Positions 39,164 to 52,047 of a stretch of DNA of 64,000 nucleotides are shown here, in pieces. Positions within the stretch are counted from its first letter, which is position 1. The number at the start of each line of letters is the position of its first letter. A model generated the notes under the pieces. It was not told the origin of the DNA, did no database searches, and worked only from the letters and a program-made list of their open reading frames with translations. Where the stretch lies: NCBI GenBank assembly GCA_905331295.1, contig CAJNYD010000373.1, positions 1 to 64,000 on the forward strand, in the 5' to 3' direction. A program made the position numbers and the translations under genes. The stretch is from Rotaria socialis (taxonomy: Eukaryota).

Positions 39164-40284
39164 ACTGAAAAGTATTGGGAATTATGTTCTCTGAGGCTGT
39201 CTATTGGATTACTTACATTAGTAACCTGATTATATCATTAAACTTAACTCTTTGTCATATAATACTTCTTCGCTTTTCTATAGAGAATTGAAAGTAACAA
39301 AGGAATTCATTAAATAAGTTAGGTCTCGTTTTATATAAATACAAAACTGGTCACAGATATACTGCAATAGATCGACCGTGATAGAGTTGTAAAGTTTTGT
39401 TCTTTTACACTCATGCTAGGCTATATCGCCCCAATAAATGATTATATTATATGTTATATTTTTAATTGCTTATGTTCCATTTATTGGTGTATGACATAAA
39501 AAATTTCTCTAGCTTGTTGAAACATAATCCTAATCCAAATCTATCGGACCGTTTAGAACTGTTTTCTTGATAGTGGCTATCAAGTACTCAAAAGTTGATA
39601 GAGACTAAATTTTTCAGAATAAATTCAAATACGTTTTCAATTCAAGTTTCACGGTGTCAGACGAGACTATCTCTAATGCATATAAAAAAACCTGTATGTC
39701 GACCAATGCCTCGTCAATCATTTTCTTTTTATTATTATTTTTGTACAACGTAGAGATTAAGATAATATCATGTAAGTTTTTTATGAATAGAATGACACGT
39801 TTTCTACAATGGAATAACTATGACTGTTTATCTATGAAATGAGTTGATTGTTGCGCTTGATATGACTTTTCGATTACAAAAAAATTGTGTTTGTCATGCT
39901 ATAGTAAGCGTCACGAAGATATGCAGTGAGAAGTTGAATATTTCTAATTTTCAAAAACAAAATTACAATGTTTTTGTTAACTGTAGAGACTTTGACATGA
40001 CGATGAGTTTCTAAATTAATTTTCATCATGACTAGATTCAGTCACTATACTAAATGAAATATAGTCTATGTGGAAAAGAAAGCATTCTATTTATTTCACA
40101 TACAATGATGATGTACGACATCTATATAACCATGATTGGAATCGTTGTTTATCAATTTTTCTGAATAAGTAAAATAGAAGTTACTACTTACTACTATTGC
40201 AGTAGCAATCGTGTTCTGTCACATCCGATTGAAATCCTTTAATATCGTTATTAAATATAGCTATGTTTGACGAGTAACTATACA

Positions 40285-41933
40285 ATGTCTCTTTTCGCTC
40301 GATCGAATATTTTGTGGGCTATTCTATTCGGTTGTTGTGCTGTTCTTATACCTCGAATTATTTTGCCATTATTTCGTCCAAGATCACCATCACCGAACCC
40401 TCATATGAATGAATGTGAGTCATTTTTCTCTTCTAACTTTAACAAATTAAGTTACTTTTATATTTCAGATTTTCAACGAGTGCAATCAACAATACCTCAA
40501 AGTGACCATAATGAAGTAAACAAGTCTAATTCTATTTCTATACAGAGCTCAACTTTTTATTTTGAATTTATTTCAGGATTCTTCACCAGATAACCATGAT
40601 GAATTTTTAAATACGAGAATACCTAATCATGGTTCTAATATTCCAGAACATTCATCGATCGAAGAACATAACCCGAAATCAAATGTGACTTTTGCTTTGC
40701 CAATGTATACTGTTGGCATTGGAGTTTTTCTCATTTATACTTGTTGCAAAGTACGTCAAAAATAATCTTGTGTTATTGATTTAGATAATTTCTGTACTTA
40801 TTTTAGTATTGGGGTAGTCGAAATAGCAAAGAAAAGAAAATAAGAAATCAATATTCACCTAATAATATTCATTGGAATAGTGAAAAAAGAAAATTTAAAT
40901 ATGAAGTTAATCATGATCGCAGTGAAGATGAACAAGAAAATGAAGATTCATATGCTGGTATGAGTTTTTGTTCATATGTGACTGTTTTTTTGATTATTAT
41001 GAAAGACCTATTGTTTAGGATTAGATCCTGATTATGTAGAATATTTAAAAGCGAGAAGACACAAAGAATTCGAAATTGAACAAAAAGCTACAACTGAACA
41101 AAGAGAAAGTTTGTTTTTACGATGTTTGATTTCGAGTTTTTGTTTTAACTTTATCATTTTTCTAGTGTATCATGCTCTTGATGAAATGAAACATTCATTA
41201 TCATTTATTAATTCAAAACTTGGAACAGATCGAACTCGAAAAAATTTAACTCAGCATGAAGTATCTCAACTACAAGATCGTTTGGCTTCAACTGAAGCTC
41301 AAATGTATCAAATTTTAAATACAATCAATACGGTTTCGAGTAAAGTACATGAATTGACTGGAATTGCTCAAAAATCAGTCAAACAAAAGGAACCGGTAAA
41401 TTTTAAAAAGGAAGAATCATATTTTTTTTGTTAATTTTGTATTATTGTAGAATTTTAATAATGATGAAGAATATCATCGATTACCAAGATCAAATGATGA
41501 AAGTGAAGAAGATAGTATGAATGATGCAGAAAATTCTGGTAGTGATGATGATGAATCAGTACAACAAGACGAACAAAAGTCATCGAACAAACAAGAAGAA
41601 AGTTCTTCATCATCATCGTATGACGACGACGACGGTGATGATGAAGAAATTTCCAATGAAGAAGAAGATAATGGCGATGAATCAGAAGTATCATCTGAAC
41701 GATATGGTATTATGGAGACGAATTATGGATCTGATCATGATGAAGTTGATGATTATGAAATAGATAAAACTAATAGACCAGAACCACCGACGACTGATAG
41801 TCGAACTAAAGTACAGGAATGGCATCAACGTAATCATTCACAATCATTAAGCAGTAGTAATGCATCGTTAGAACAAGACCAATCTTTACCCAATGAAGAC
41901 GAAAATACTTTACGAAGAAGAAAATGCCAATAA
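40285..41933 (+). CDS. RIC3: RIC-3 nicotinic acetylcholine receptor chaperone, multi-exon
   Basis: Hydrophobic AILFGCCAVLIPRIILP, Pro-rich linker, TM ALPMYTVGIGVFLIYTCCK, coiled coil EVSQLQDRLASTEAQMYQIL, acidic tail ending LRRRKCQ. Confidence 0.85.
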
Positions 41934-42599
41934 TAAACTTTTGTTTTTGTGCAATCAACAATAAGGTGTTGAAAAGTCAATATTTGAGTATAGGCCTTTC
42001 TTTTCGGCAGAAGTAATATAGAGCTTATCGATTTATCCTAAAAACGATTCAAAATAGTATTCCTTAGTAAAACCTTTTAGTTTGCAATAGAATCAGATAG
42101 ATCTATATGAGCTTCGATTCGATAAACTTTTGCTCAGTACTATTGTTTTCGACTACTCTAACATGTTAGACATAGTTCTCGATGGTCTCACGGCAATTAT
42201 TTTGACGCTAAAAATTATTTATAAACACTAGTCTATGCAGATTTTAAAGTTCATCCTGGATACGAATTTTGCTTCGTTTGTAATTGAACTGCTGATATGT
42301 AAAAACTTATTTTCTTTTCCAATCAAAAAGTGTGCATCATATATCTTTATTTCTAAACATTATGACAATGACTTACACGTGATGAATTATACATATATCA
42401 AGTTTCGTTTATTTTACAACATTTTTATCAGTTAACTAAACGAACTTTATTCAACTCTGCCAAAAGAAAACTTTGCTTAAATTACTGATGTTTTCCTTTT
42501 CTAGTCTTTGTACATAAAAATTTTATTGCTTTGTTTTAAACAGTATTCATAATCTTTTGTCAATATTTTTAAATTCATTTGAATTTTAGATTAACTATC

Positions 42600-45500
42600 A
42601 TGGCTGATACATATAGAAACGTTCGTGTTGCTGGTGCAAATGATAATATATATAAAGATGAATGTCTTTATTCATTCGATAATCCAGAATCTGAAAATGG
42701 TCTTTATATTTGTATGTCAACATTTCGTGGAGTAGGAAAAGCTCATCTCGAACGACATTGTAGAAATAATCCAGGAAAAAATGTTTTTTTACATATTTTA
42801 CGAAGACGAAAACCAGTGCCAATCGATGCCAATGTTGAACCAACTAAAATAACAAAATTGGCTATTGGTATTGAAGGTGGTTTTGATGTAAATCAATCAA
42901 ATCGATTTATATTTGAAGAAAAATATGCAATTTATATTCATCCAGATGTAACTATTCCCTATCCCGATGAAGTTAGTCAATTACCTGAATTTGTTAAGAA
43001 CTCAGCCGATGCTATTATAGCTGCTGATTCAGCATTTCTAAAAGAAGAACGTTCGCTTATGAATGCAACATGGAATGGTGAAATTCGTCGAATAACAAAG
43101 CATAGTCAAACATTAGAACAATTAGTTAATGGTCGAAAAATTCCACCAAGTGGTTGGCAATGTGATCAATGCGATTTGAAAGAAAATTTATGGCTTAACT
43201 TAACCGACGGAGCTATTTTATGTGGAAGGAAATTTTTCGATGGTACCGGTGGAAACAATCATGCTGCCGAACATTATTATAGAACAAAATATCCATTGGC
43301 TGTCAAACTTGGTTAGTTATTTTACAACTCATTTCAGTCGATCGAGTTAGACCCTTGTTTCTCCCCATCAAATTCAAGGTTAAAATCAATTACTTTTGTA
43401 GCCCACGTTATTCGTGATCAAATATATTAGTTTTTCTCACATTCACGAATCAATAAAACGAGTAATCCAGATAGTAATTGGACAAATGATTTATTCATTT
43501 TTTCAACCACCCGAGGAACACTGTAGGAAATTGAAAAATTGTCTTTTCACCAGTCGAATTTAAGACGAAATTATCCTCTATTGAGTTACAGAAGGCTCGA
43601 TAGATTCAAAAATGGCCGATCTCGTTTTACCAGTCCCTTTTTCTAAAAGCATTCGCTAGAATTTAGAAAATTCTACTCGATCTGAATCATTCCAACACTT
43701 TTTGAGATAACCTTTATTATTTTTTAGGAACAATTACAGCCAAAGGTGCTGATATTTATTCATATGATGAAGATGATATGGTTGAAGATCCAAACCTGGC
43801 TGTTCGTCTATCACATTGGGGAATCAATATGCTTAAAATGGAAAAAAGTGATCGATCAATGGCTGATTTAGAAATTGAATTGAATCAAAAATTTGGTGAA
43901 GCCTCTATGATTGAAGAAGCAAATTCAAAATTACAACCTGTTCATGGACCAGGTACTGAAGCTTATAATTGAGTGTTTTTGTTTCTTTCAATAATTTATT
44001 TGTTTGTTTTCAGGTTATACGGGAATGAGAAATTTAGGAAATTCATGTTATTTGAATTCAGTTATGCAAGTTTTGTTTACTCTAAAAGATTTTCAAGAAA
44101 AATATTACAAAAATAGTGATTTTTACTTTGATAAGGCTAAAGATCCCGCAAATGATTTTAATGCACAAACAGCAAAATTAGCTCATGGTCTTTTATCGGG
44201 TGTTTACTCAAAAGAAATTCCAGCTAATGTTGATGCATCATTACAAGCACCATCAGTGATTCGTCCGCAAATGTTTCGTTTATTAATTGGTCGTAATCAT
44301 GCTGATTTCGGTACAAAACAGCAACAGGATGCTGCAGAATTTCTTCAATATTATCTCGAACAAGTGCATAATCATTGTAAGAAGGATCCAACACCAGATC
44401 CAACATTTGATCCAAGTACTTGTTTTCAATTCGAACTTGAAGAACGTATTCATTATCCTGAAACCAATCAAGTACGATATTTAGCACGTAATGAGTCCAT
44501 GTTTCGTTTGAATGTTCCATTATTCTCGGCAAAAAATCAGCATGAAGTACATGAATATAATAAATTGAAAGAGGATATGGAAAAGCAAGGCAACAGAATA
44601 AATGACTTACCAGTTATACGTCCAATTATTCCACTTCAGGAAGCCATATCTCAGTGGGCTGAACCCGAAGAAATAAATGATTATAAATTACCTCAACATG
44701 GACGTACGACAACAATAAAAAAAACTCAAAAATTTTTAACTTTTCCTGATTATCTTGTTGTTCAATTGAAAAAATATACATTTAATGCTGATTGGACACC
44801 GAAAAAAATTGATGTTTCAATGGAAGTACCTGATACACTTGATCTGAATTCATTACGTGCATCTGGATTACAACCGGGTGAAACATTAGTAACTGATGGT
44901 AAATCGAACATTTTTTCTTTTTTCACTAAAAAAAAACTAAGAATCTTTGATTATTATTAAGATGATGAAGCAACAGGACAATCATCTAGTTCACAATCGA
45001 ATATTCATGTGAATGAAGTTCTTTTACAACAACTTGTTGATATGGGTTTTTCGATGGACGGTTGTAAACGAGCATTAATCAACACAGGCAATAATGATAT
45101 TGAAGCGGCTATGAACTGGGTATTTGAACATCAATCAGATCCAGATTTTGATACACCATATCAAGCACCAAGTAAAAAAGCTCGTGTTGAACAAACTCAA
45201 ACACCACCTGTAAGTTAACTGTTTTCTCTTTGACTTACGTTAGTGTTTCTATTTATGTACGTATATAATAGGTGGACGAAGAAAGTATTGGTATTATTAT
45301 GTCAATGGGTTTTTCACGTGATCATGCTCTTCGTGCATTATCATTAATGAGCAATAATGTTGAAGCAGCTGTTGATTGGGCTCTAAATACGCCTGAAGAT
45401 AGTTCCACTTCAAATGCATCCTTTGAAGCATTACCTCCGACAACTTCTGCACCTGCACAAGAAAATAAACAAACATATCGTGATGGTACTGGTAAATACC

Positions 45501-45673
45501 GACTTGTGGCTTTTATTTCACATATTGGTAATCATCCATCATCGGGCCATTATGTGGCACATATTCTTAAAGATAATCGTTGGGTTATATTCAATGATGA
45601 AGTTGTTGCATTATCTGAACATCCACCCAAAGATTTAGCTTATCTTTACTTATACAAACGCGAAACGGTTTAA
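42600..45673 (+). CDS. USP5: Ubiquitin C-terminal hydrolase USP5/USP13 (isopeptidase T), 5 exons
   Basis: YKDECLYSFD; ZnF-UBP NLWLNLTDGAILCGRK..GGNNHA..YPLAVKLGTIT; Cys box GYTGMRNLGNSCYLNSVMQ; two UBA domains (LVDMGF, IMSMGF); His box SSGHYVAHI..WVIFND. Confidence 0.96.
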
Positions 45674-46007
45674 TGTGGATTCAAAATCCAACAAAAAATA
45701 ACTCTAGTTTCATTGTTCTCTTCTGATTTTTACATTGATGATTTGTTTCCTCTTTTTTTTTATAAGTAAAAAATTTATCGGTTGTTTATTATTGTTAAGA
45801 ACAGCAATGTTAACATCCATGACATCAAAATCATGAAATTTTGTTTTGTTTTCTATTTTTTGTTCTTAGATGCATAATATTTACAAATTCTGATATTTAC
45901 ACTGTTGATTAGTAAGCAAAAAGAAATTAACTAATTAATTTTTACGAATCAGTATGCTTTTCTAATTTTAGTCATTATCAGTTTCGCACGATCAAAATTA
46001 TTAAACA

Positions 46008-46433
46008 ATGTCAACAAATAGTGAAATGCAAATTCGTCGCTCCGCAGCTGCAAGCTCTGTTGCTCAATCAGGTTCGTCATCAACTGGTGCAGCAATACCA
46101 TCCGCTCCTCACAATAAACGAAAAGTTGAATCCATTTTATATAGTGACATCGCTGTTCGTTATAATGAAAATAGCCTTGAACAATGTCGTACATCTGTTA
46201 GCGCGCTATCTGGTTGTGTTGCTGGTATAATTGGTCTTACGTCCTATAAAGGATTTCTCTTTTATGGCTTTTCAATGTTTCTACTCTCGTTACTTATATT
46301 TATCTTTATTCGACATGAACATCGCAAGTTTTTTACCGGTTTAAATCATGTCTTCGTCAATGGATTCTTTAATGGTCTTCTTACTTATGTACTCTTTTGG
46401 ACATTTCTCTATGGAATGGTTCATGTTTATTAG
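46008..46433 (+). CDS. EMC6: ER membrane protein complex subunit 6
   Basis: N...LEQCRTSVSALSGCVAGIIGLT..GFLFY and C-terminal GLLTYVLFWTFLYGMVHVY are diagnostic of EMC6/TMEM93. Confidence 0.95.
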   Translation: MSTNSEMQIRRSAAASSVAQSGSSSTGAAIPSAPHNKRKVESILYSDIAVRYNENSLEQCRTSVSALSGCVAGIIGLTSYKGFLFYGFSMFLLSLLIFIFIRHEHRKFFTGLNHVFVNGFFNGLLTYVLFWTFLYGMVHVY

Positions 46434-46522
46434 GCGTTGAAAGCAAAAAAGAAATTAATATCAATAGACAGTAATATCATAAAGTGTTCCTGTATGTTGT
46501 TTTCTTTTTCTATTCATGTACG

Positions 46523-46523
<1 letters not shown>

Positions 46524-46558
<35 letters not shown>
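46524..46558. repeat. (GTT)n microsatellite in EMC6 3' region
   Basis: About 11 tandem GTT units. Confidence 0.9.
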
Positions 46559-46778
46559 CTATTCAACAACAAAAAGAAACTAAAGAAGAAAAGAATAAAC
46601 TTCAAAATAGATGATTTAATTTAATATTATACTTTAAAGCACTGAAAACAAATAAAATAAGGTTAACTGTTTCTACATATAATCTAACTTGAACGGAAGG
46701 TACAAATTCAAAATAAATGATAAAACGATAAATATTTTCATCTGAGAACTAATTATTTATTCTATAATATCAGGGTTA

Positions 46779-48658
46779 ATGGCATGTTTTATTCAGAATA
46801 TTTCAGATATGAAACTCAAGCCAGTAAGTTCACATTCATGTTCTTCATCGACGACACCGCTTTCGTATATAAACAAAAGCTCCGTACGATCTTCGCCTGA
46901 AACAAGTGACTGTTATGCAACTGATCTTACTTTAAATAGTACCAATAATCATATCGCTGTGCTTACTATTCCAAATACAATTCAATTGTTTGATGCATCA
47001 ACATTAAAACCGGTTTCATCTCTTTCGTCGACTTCAAACAATTTTGACAATAATAATTCTTCATCGCCACTAAAACTTCATTCTCTTCAATATGCTTATG
47101 TTTCACCTTATACCTTATTTGCTTCGACAAACAAAAATTTAGTTCTTGCTTGGGATACAAGAACACCACAATTAGAAACAATTCAATTAAATGGTTGCGC
47201 TGATACACATGAATTTTTATCGGTTACATGTAATAATGAAGATCATTTAGTTGCTGCTGGTACAGAACTTAAAGGTGATGAAAATGTTGGGATTTCGTTT
47301 TGGGATTTACGAGCACCAATAAATAAACAACTATTAGGATACTATACAGAATCCCATTCTGATGATATTATTCAGGTTAAATTCTCTCGAATGAATTCAA
47401 ATAAATTGTTAAGTGGCTCAACAGATGGTCTTGTTTGTGTATATGATGTATCAAAACCAACTGAAGACGATGCACTTGAACAGGTATTTAATGCGCATAC
47501 CAAAATAAATGTTCGTCGAACTATTATCTCAAATATTATAGTCGAACTTCACTATCATGTTTGGATAGTGTGTTTTAAAAACAATTCACAATTCAGTTTT
47601 GAACTAGAATGAAAAGAGAAAATTGTAGACGTTCGCTGCTTGAAAAGCTCTAGTCTATAATGTTCTTAAGGCACATTTTTCGAAAATGATATTTATAAAT
47701 AATTATTTTTGTGCTTCTCAGAGAAATTCACACGAGACGACACAACAATTGATCGATACACCTTAATTTTATTGCATTCTCAAGGAAAATAAATAATGCA
47801 TCCGACTAAAAAATCAGAAATACATTGTGCTAAGCAAACAAACTCCGTTGTGTTATTATTATTTGTACTAAGCTTGAAAATAAATCGAGAATCTTCATGT
47901 TTGATGATATTTTGTATGAAAATTTGTAATTCATTTCCTGTGACTATGGAATGATGCATCTTGTTCGTAAAATATGATTGACGGACGTGGCAAGAAACCT
48001 TAATAACAATGATAATTTAAGAAAATAGTTTGAGGATCATTTCTTTTTCTATATTCTTAATGTAGAAAAAGAGAGTAAAATATGTTTTTTCTTCTAGGTT
48101 TACAATGCCAATGGTCCTGTTGCAAAGTGTGGTTTTTCTCAGTACAATACAATATACGCAATAACTGCATCGAATGCATTTTTCATTTGGTCAACATTGG
48201 ATGACAACGAACAATTACTTGTACAAGGCGATACAGATTACGATTTACTCTCAGCGGATAATGTGGACTCATCAGTAAAACCTTCAAAAGTTATTCATCA
48301 TCTTTCTTCGTCACATGCAACTATCGTCGATATACTTGCTGATAGTAATATTAAAGATTTATTACCATCTATTCCACAGGAGGCTAAACCATACTGGCCA
48401 TTACTAATGTGTGATCGTATGGGGAAAATGAACATTACGTTAGTCTTATCTAACGAGTCTCAACCTACTGTACTATCGATTGATTCACCTCATTCTGAAA
48501 CATTACGTGCTGCCGTTACCTATCGATCTTCACTTTATACATGTGGTGAGGATGGACAATTGGTCCAATGGCAACCGTCATTAATAAATGATACCAATGA
48601 GAATAATCAACAACAAACAAGGTCAAAGAAGAAGTTCAATAAAAGAAAACCATATTAA
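46779..48658 (+). CDS. WDR89: WD repeat protein 89, 2 exons (46779-47483, 48099-48658)
   Basis: LVAAGTEL..FWDLR..LLGYYTESHSDDIIQVKF..LLSGSTDGLVCVYD..EDDALEQV, and terminal HSETLR..LYTCGEDGQLVQW with basic tail KRKPY. Confidence 0.9.
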
Positions 48659-49812
48659 ATTGCATCACGAAAAAGAAAATGTTTGTTTCTGTTTTGTTTT
48701 CCACTGTTATAAACAAATATAATAAACATATTATTAAATTGGAATAAAAAGAGCTTCAAAGAAAATCATATTAACTATGTTTGTCTATTAACACATGTAA
48801 CGCAATTCTCTTGATGTTTAATTTTATTCTGTTCTATTTCGTTCATTTACAAAGCTTTTCAAGAAATTGTAAGATACGACAAAACAAAATGTATCGATGA
48901 CAAATACGAATATTTGATGTCGATTTCTTCGAAATCTAATTAGATATGCAACATAATGAATATGTTCTGTAATAATTATCTGTGAAAAGAAATCTAATAA
49001 TGAATGTATCGTGACTTGATTAGACAATATTTCGACGTATTTTAGTCTTTCATGCATACAAATGAATGACATGTTTTCATCAATCCATCTATCGGTAAAA
49101 GCAAACAAAGTAACACTTTCGCGTGGGCGAAGTTATATCTAAAGATCTATAATTAGTTCCTTTTTGCTTTTGTTCAAATCCCATGAGACAACTCAATAAC
49201 TTCTTGAAATACATTCGGCTATACTTTGTTTATTTTCACCACTTCACATTTCCGTGACACATTCTTTAAATATTTTTCTGTAATGCAATATCATTCGAAT
49301 GATGTGGTCAGAGATTAGCGTTTTTCACACATATCTGCTTTTTCTAACTATTAAGTATGATGCGCACCGGCATCTTTTCTTATTTTAGGCCACTATCCAA
49401 TTATACATTTGTATGCAATGGTTTGTTGTTTTTCAGTCGGACAACTATTACCGGCATTACTTTGATCGTCTTCAAAGCAGTATATAGATTAAACACATGA
49501 ATGTATATATACGTTGTTGAAATATATTTTCAAATTTTCTTCTCTCTCTCTCTCTCTCCAGCTGGGAGTGTCTTGACACATCAATAATGACGAAAACGAT
49601 CGCGCCGATGGTTGGAATGGACGAGGAAGAAAATGAATTGAACAGAAACGAAAAGAGGAAAAAAGAAGTTAGATGTAGATTCATCGCTAACCTTCTTTTT
49701 TCATTCGTTTCTTCATTGCATACAAACAATCTGAATAAAATTTTGATCGTCTTTGTGTCTCGAGATCAATTTCTAGGCCGACTTGGAATCCAGAAAATTA
49801 TTGCAAGCAAAC

Positions 49813-50848
49813 ATGTCTTTCAGCGATACGGAATGTTCGCATCGCTCTTCATTAGCAACTGTTCATCGAGTGCCAGCAAATAGTTCGTCGCAATTATCAC
49901 GAACAATCTCTATACATGATGTCGTATCAAACCATGAAACAGCAGAATTATTTCTTGAATTTCTTATGAGTTCATCTCAAACTGCTTCACTTGGTGCTGT
50001 TTATGCAATTGTACTAGTACTTAATGAAAAAAAAGATGATGTAAATCAGTTACATGATATTGGACGAGCTGCTTATAAAACGTACATTGAAAATGAATCT
50101 ATTTTACCTTGGTTGCCGCCACAACGACGTATGGAATTGCGTGAAACATATCGTCGTAAACATTTTGATGAACATTTTTTCGATGGTGTCCTCGATGATC
50201 TTCTTAGTTATATTGAAAGTCAGACAGATGTATTTCGACAATTTCTTAATTCACGTATTTGGAATGAATATCGACGTGGAAAATTTACAAAAAATCATGC
50301 ACAAGTTAAATCAACATCAACACTTGGAAATACGAGTAGTGGATATCAAAATGAAAATAATGAATTTAAACGTTTACGTAAACTTCATTCGTCATCATTA
50401 TCATTACAAACGAAAACAAAATCACACGATCGTCATCTTCATAATCGAAGTGCTCGCGTTGAATGTTCGTATTGAAGCTTTTTTTTTTATTCAATAAATT
50501 TCTAATTTCATATTTTGTTTTTAATGTATTTTAGCTACATCAATTAAAAAAACTCGTGTAGCTTATTTCTTACCTGGCAGTGATACACCATTTGTTATAC
50601 AAGTAGCTGTACCGCCTGAATCTATTGTCCTTAACGATATTCTTCCACGTTTACATACATCATCGAAAAATCAACGCAATGGTATCAATACAAATACGCC
50701 ATTTGATTATTTTGTTAAACATCGAGCTTCAAATGAAAATTGGCTTGGTGGTGATACACAATTTATTAATGAAAAAGTTGAAGATTTTGATATTCCCCTG
50801 CCGAATATTGATGGTACGGTGGTAATCAGAATACTTAACAATAGTTAG
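49813..50848 (+). CDS. Short Axin-like protein (RGS plus DIX), 2 exons (49813-50464, 50535-50848), 321 aa
   Basis: RGS-like SIHDVVSNHETAELFLEFL..AAYKTYI..FRQFLNSRIWNEY. C-terminal DIX TRVAYFLPGSDTPF..DYFVK..EKVEDFDIPLPNIDGTVVIRI. Confidence 0.8.
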
Positions 50849-51680
50849 ACTACTATATTGTTTGTTTATTTTTCTTGCCTTGTTGTTGCCTTCTTATACA
50901 TGTATAATGACTCTTATTTTTCCTTTGGTTTCTATTATGAATTGAGTAATGCGGATATATTGATGATTCATAAATTTATACACAGTGCAGACGTATACGA
51001 ACGATGTTTTTGTAACAATGAATGGAAGATATCAAATAATATTTGATTTGTTTTTTTTTCATGACACATCAAAGAATAAAATACACGAGAAAAATCAATG
51101 ATGCAGAAACTGTAGGATAATTTAATATGTCAGGTAACTTTTATTCGATGCGTAAATAAAGAAGCAAAAAAAGCCATCATATGACAATATGCAGAGATGC
51201 ATGCAATCAATCGTTTTGGTTTGTTTTCGATAAAGTTTTCTAAAAGTAAGTAACTTACTACAATAGGAAATGAATTTTTTAAACAAAAATGAAACATAAG
51301 TTATTTATATATATATATTGTTTTGGTATTATTTGGGAAAAAATTTGTCAGAAGTTTGATATTGACATTGATACGTTGTGATGAAAGATTGACCATACGG
51401 CTAATTTTATTTCTGACTAGATGATGAATCATCGTATACTATTCATCTTTTCTATTCATGCTTTGGAAAGATGTAAATAGTCGGAAGTACTCTAGCTTAA
51501 GTATCAGCTTTGCATTATAGTGAATATGCATTTATATTAATTATTATTATTATTATTCAAGTAGTGCACATTCTATTTATTTGCAAAGATCTTTATTCGA
51601 GATCTAATAAAAGTTCCTTTTTTTTATATCATTTTTTTTTTATAGATTATTATTTTTTTTATTCCATCAATTCTATAACG

Positions 51681-52047
51681 ATGGTTGTTCTTACTACAGA
51701 TGTTATCGTTACATTAGCAGTTATTGGTGTAGTTTTAATTCTTATACTTCTTATTCTTTTGGTAAAAAAATGAAACTCTCTGTCATATGGATTGCTGTTT
51801 TAACGTTCATTTTTTTATTCAAATTTAGATTTGTTGTCTTTGCCGAAAATGTGATCAATGTGCTCGATGGTCAAGACGAACAGCAAATAAAAGGGAGGAA
51901 GATACCAAAGATCGAGAAATAACTGAAAGTCGACGTGAATTTGATCAAATTCGACAACAACATAATGAGATCGGTGATCAACTTCGTGTGAAATATAATC
52001 TTAACGGTGGTGGTGGTCGCGATGCGAAAATTGTTACTTTTGCGTAG
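51681..52047 (+). CDS. Small single-pass membrane protein, PTTG1IP-like C-terminal region (2 exons: 51681-51761, 51829-52047)
   Basis: TM VIVTLAVIGVVLILILLILL|ICCLCRKC, a charged helix, then QLRVKYNL resembling the PTTG1IP EIRKKYGL ending. Missed by the ORF track because it is spliced. Confidence 0.65.

Noticed and set aside
43325..43690. Possible MITE in the long USP5 intron (GATCGAGT...ACTCGATC)
   Set aside because: The inverted match is short and gapped, and no TSD was found.
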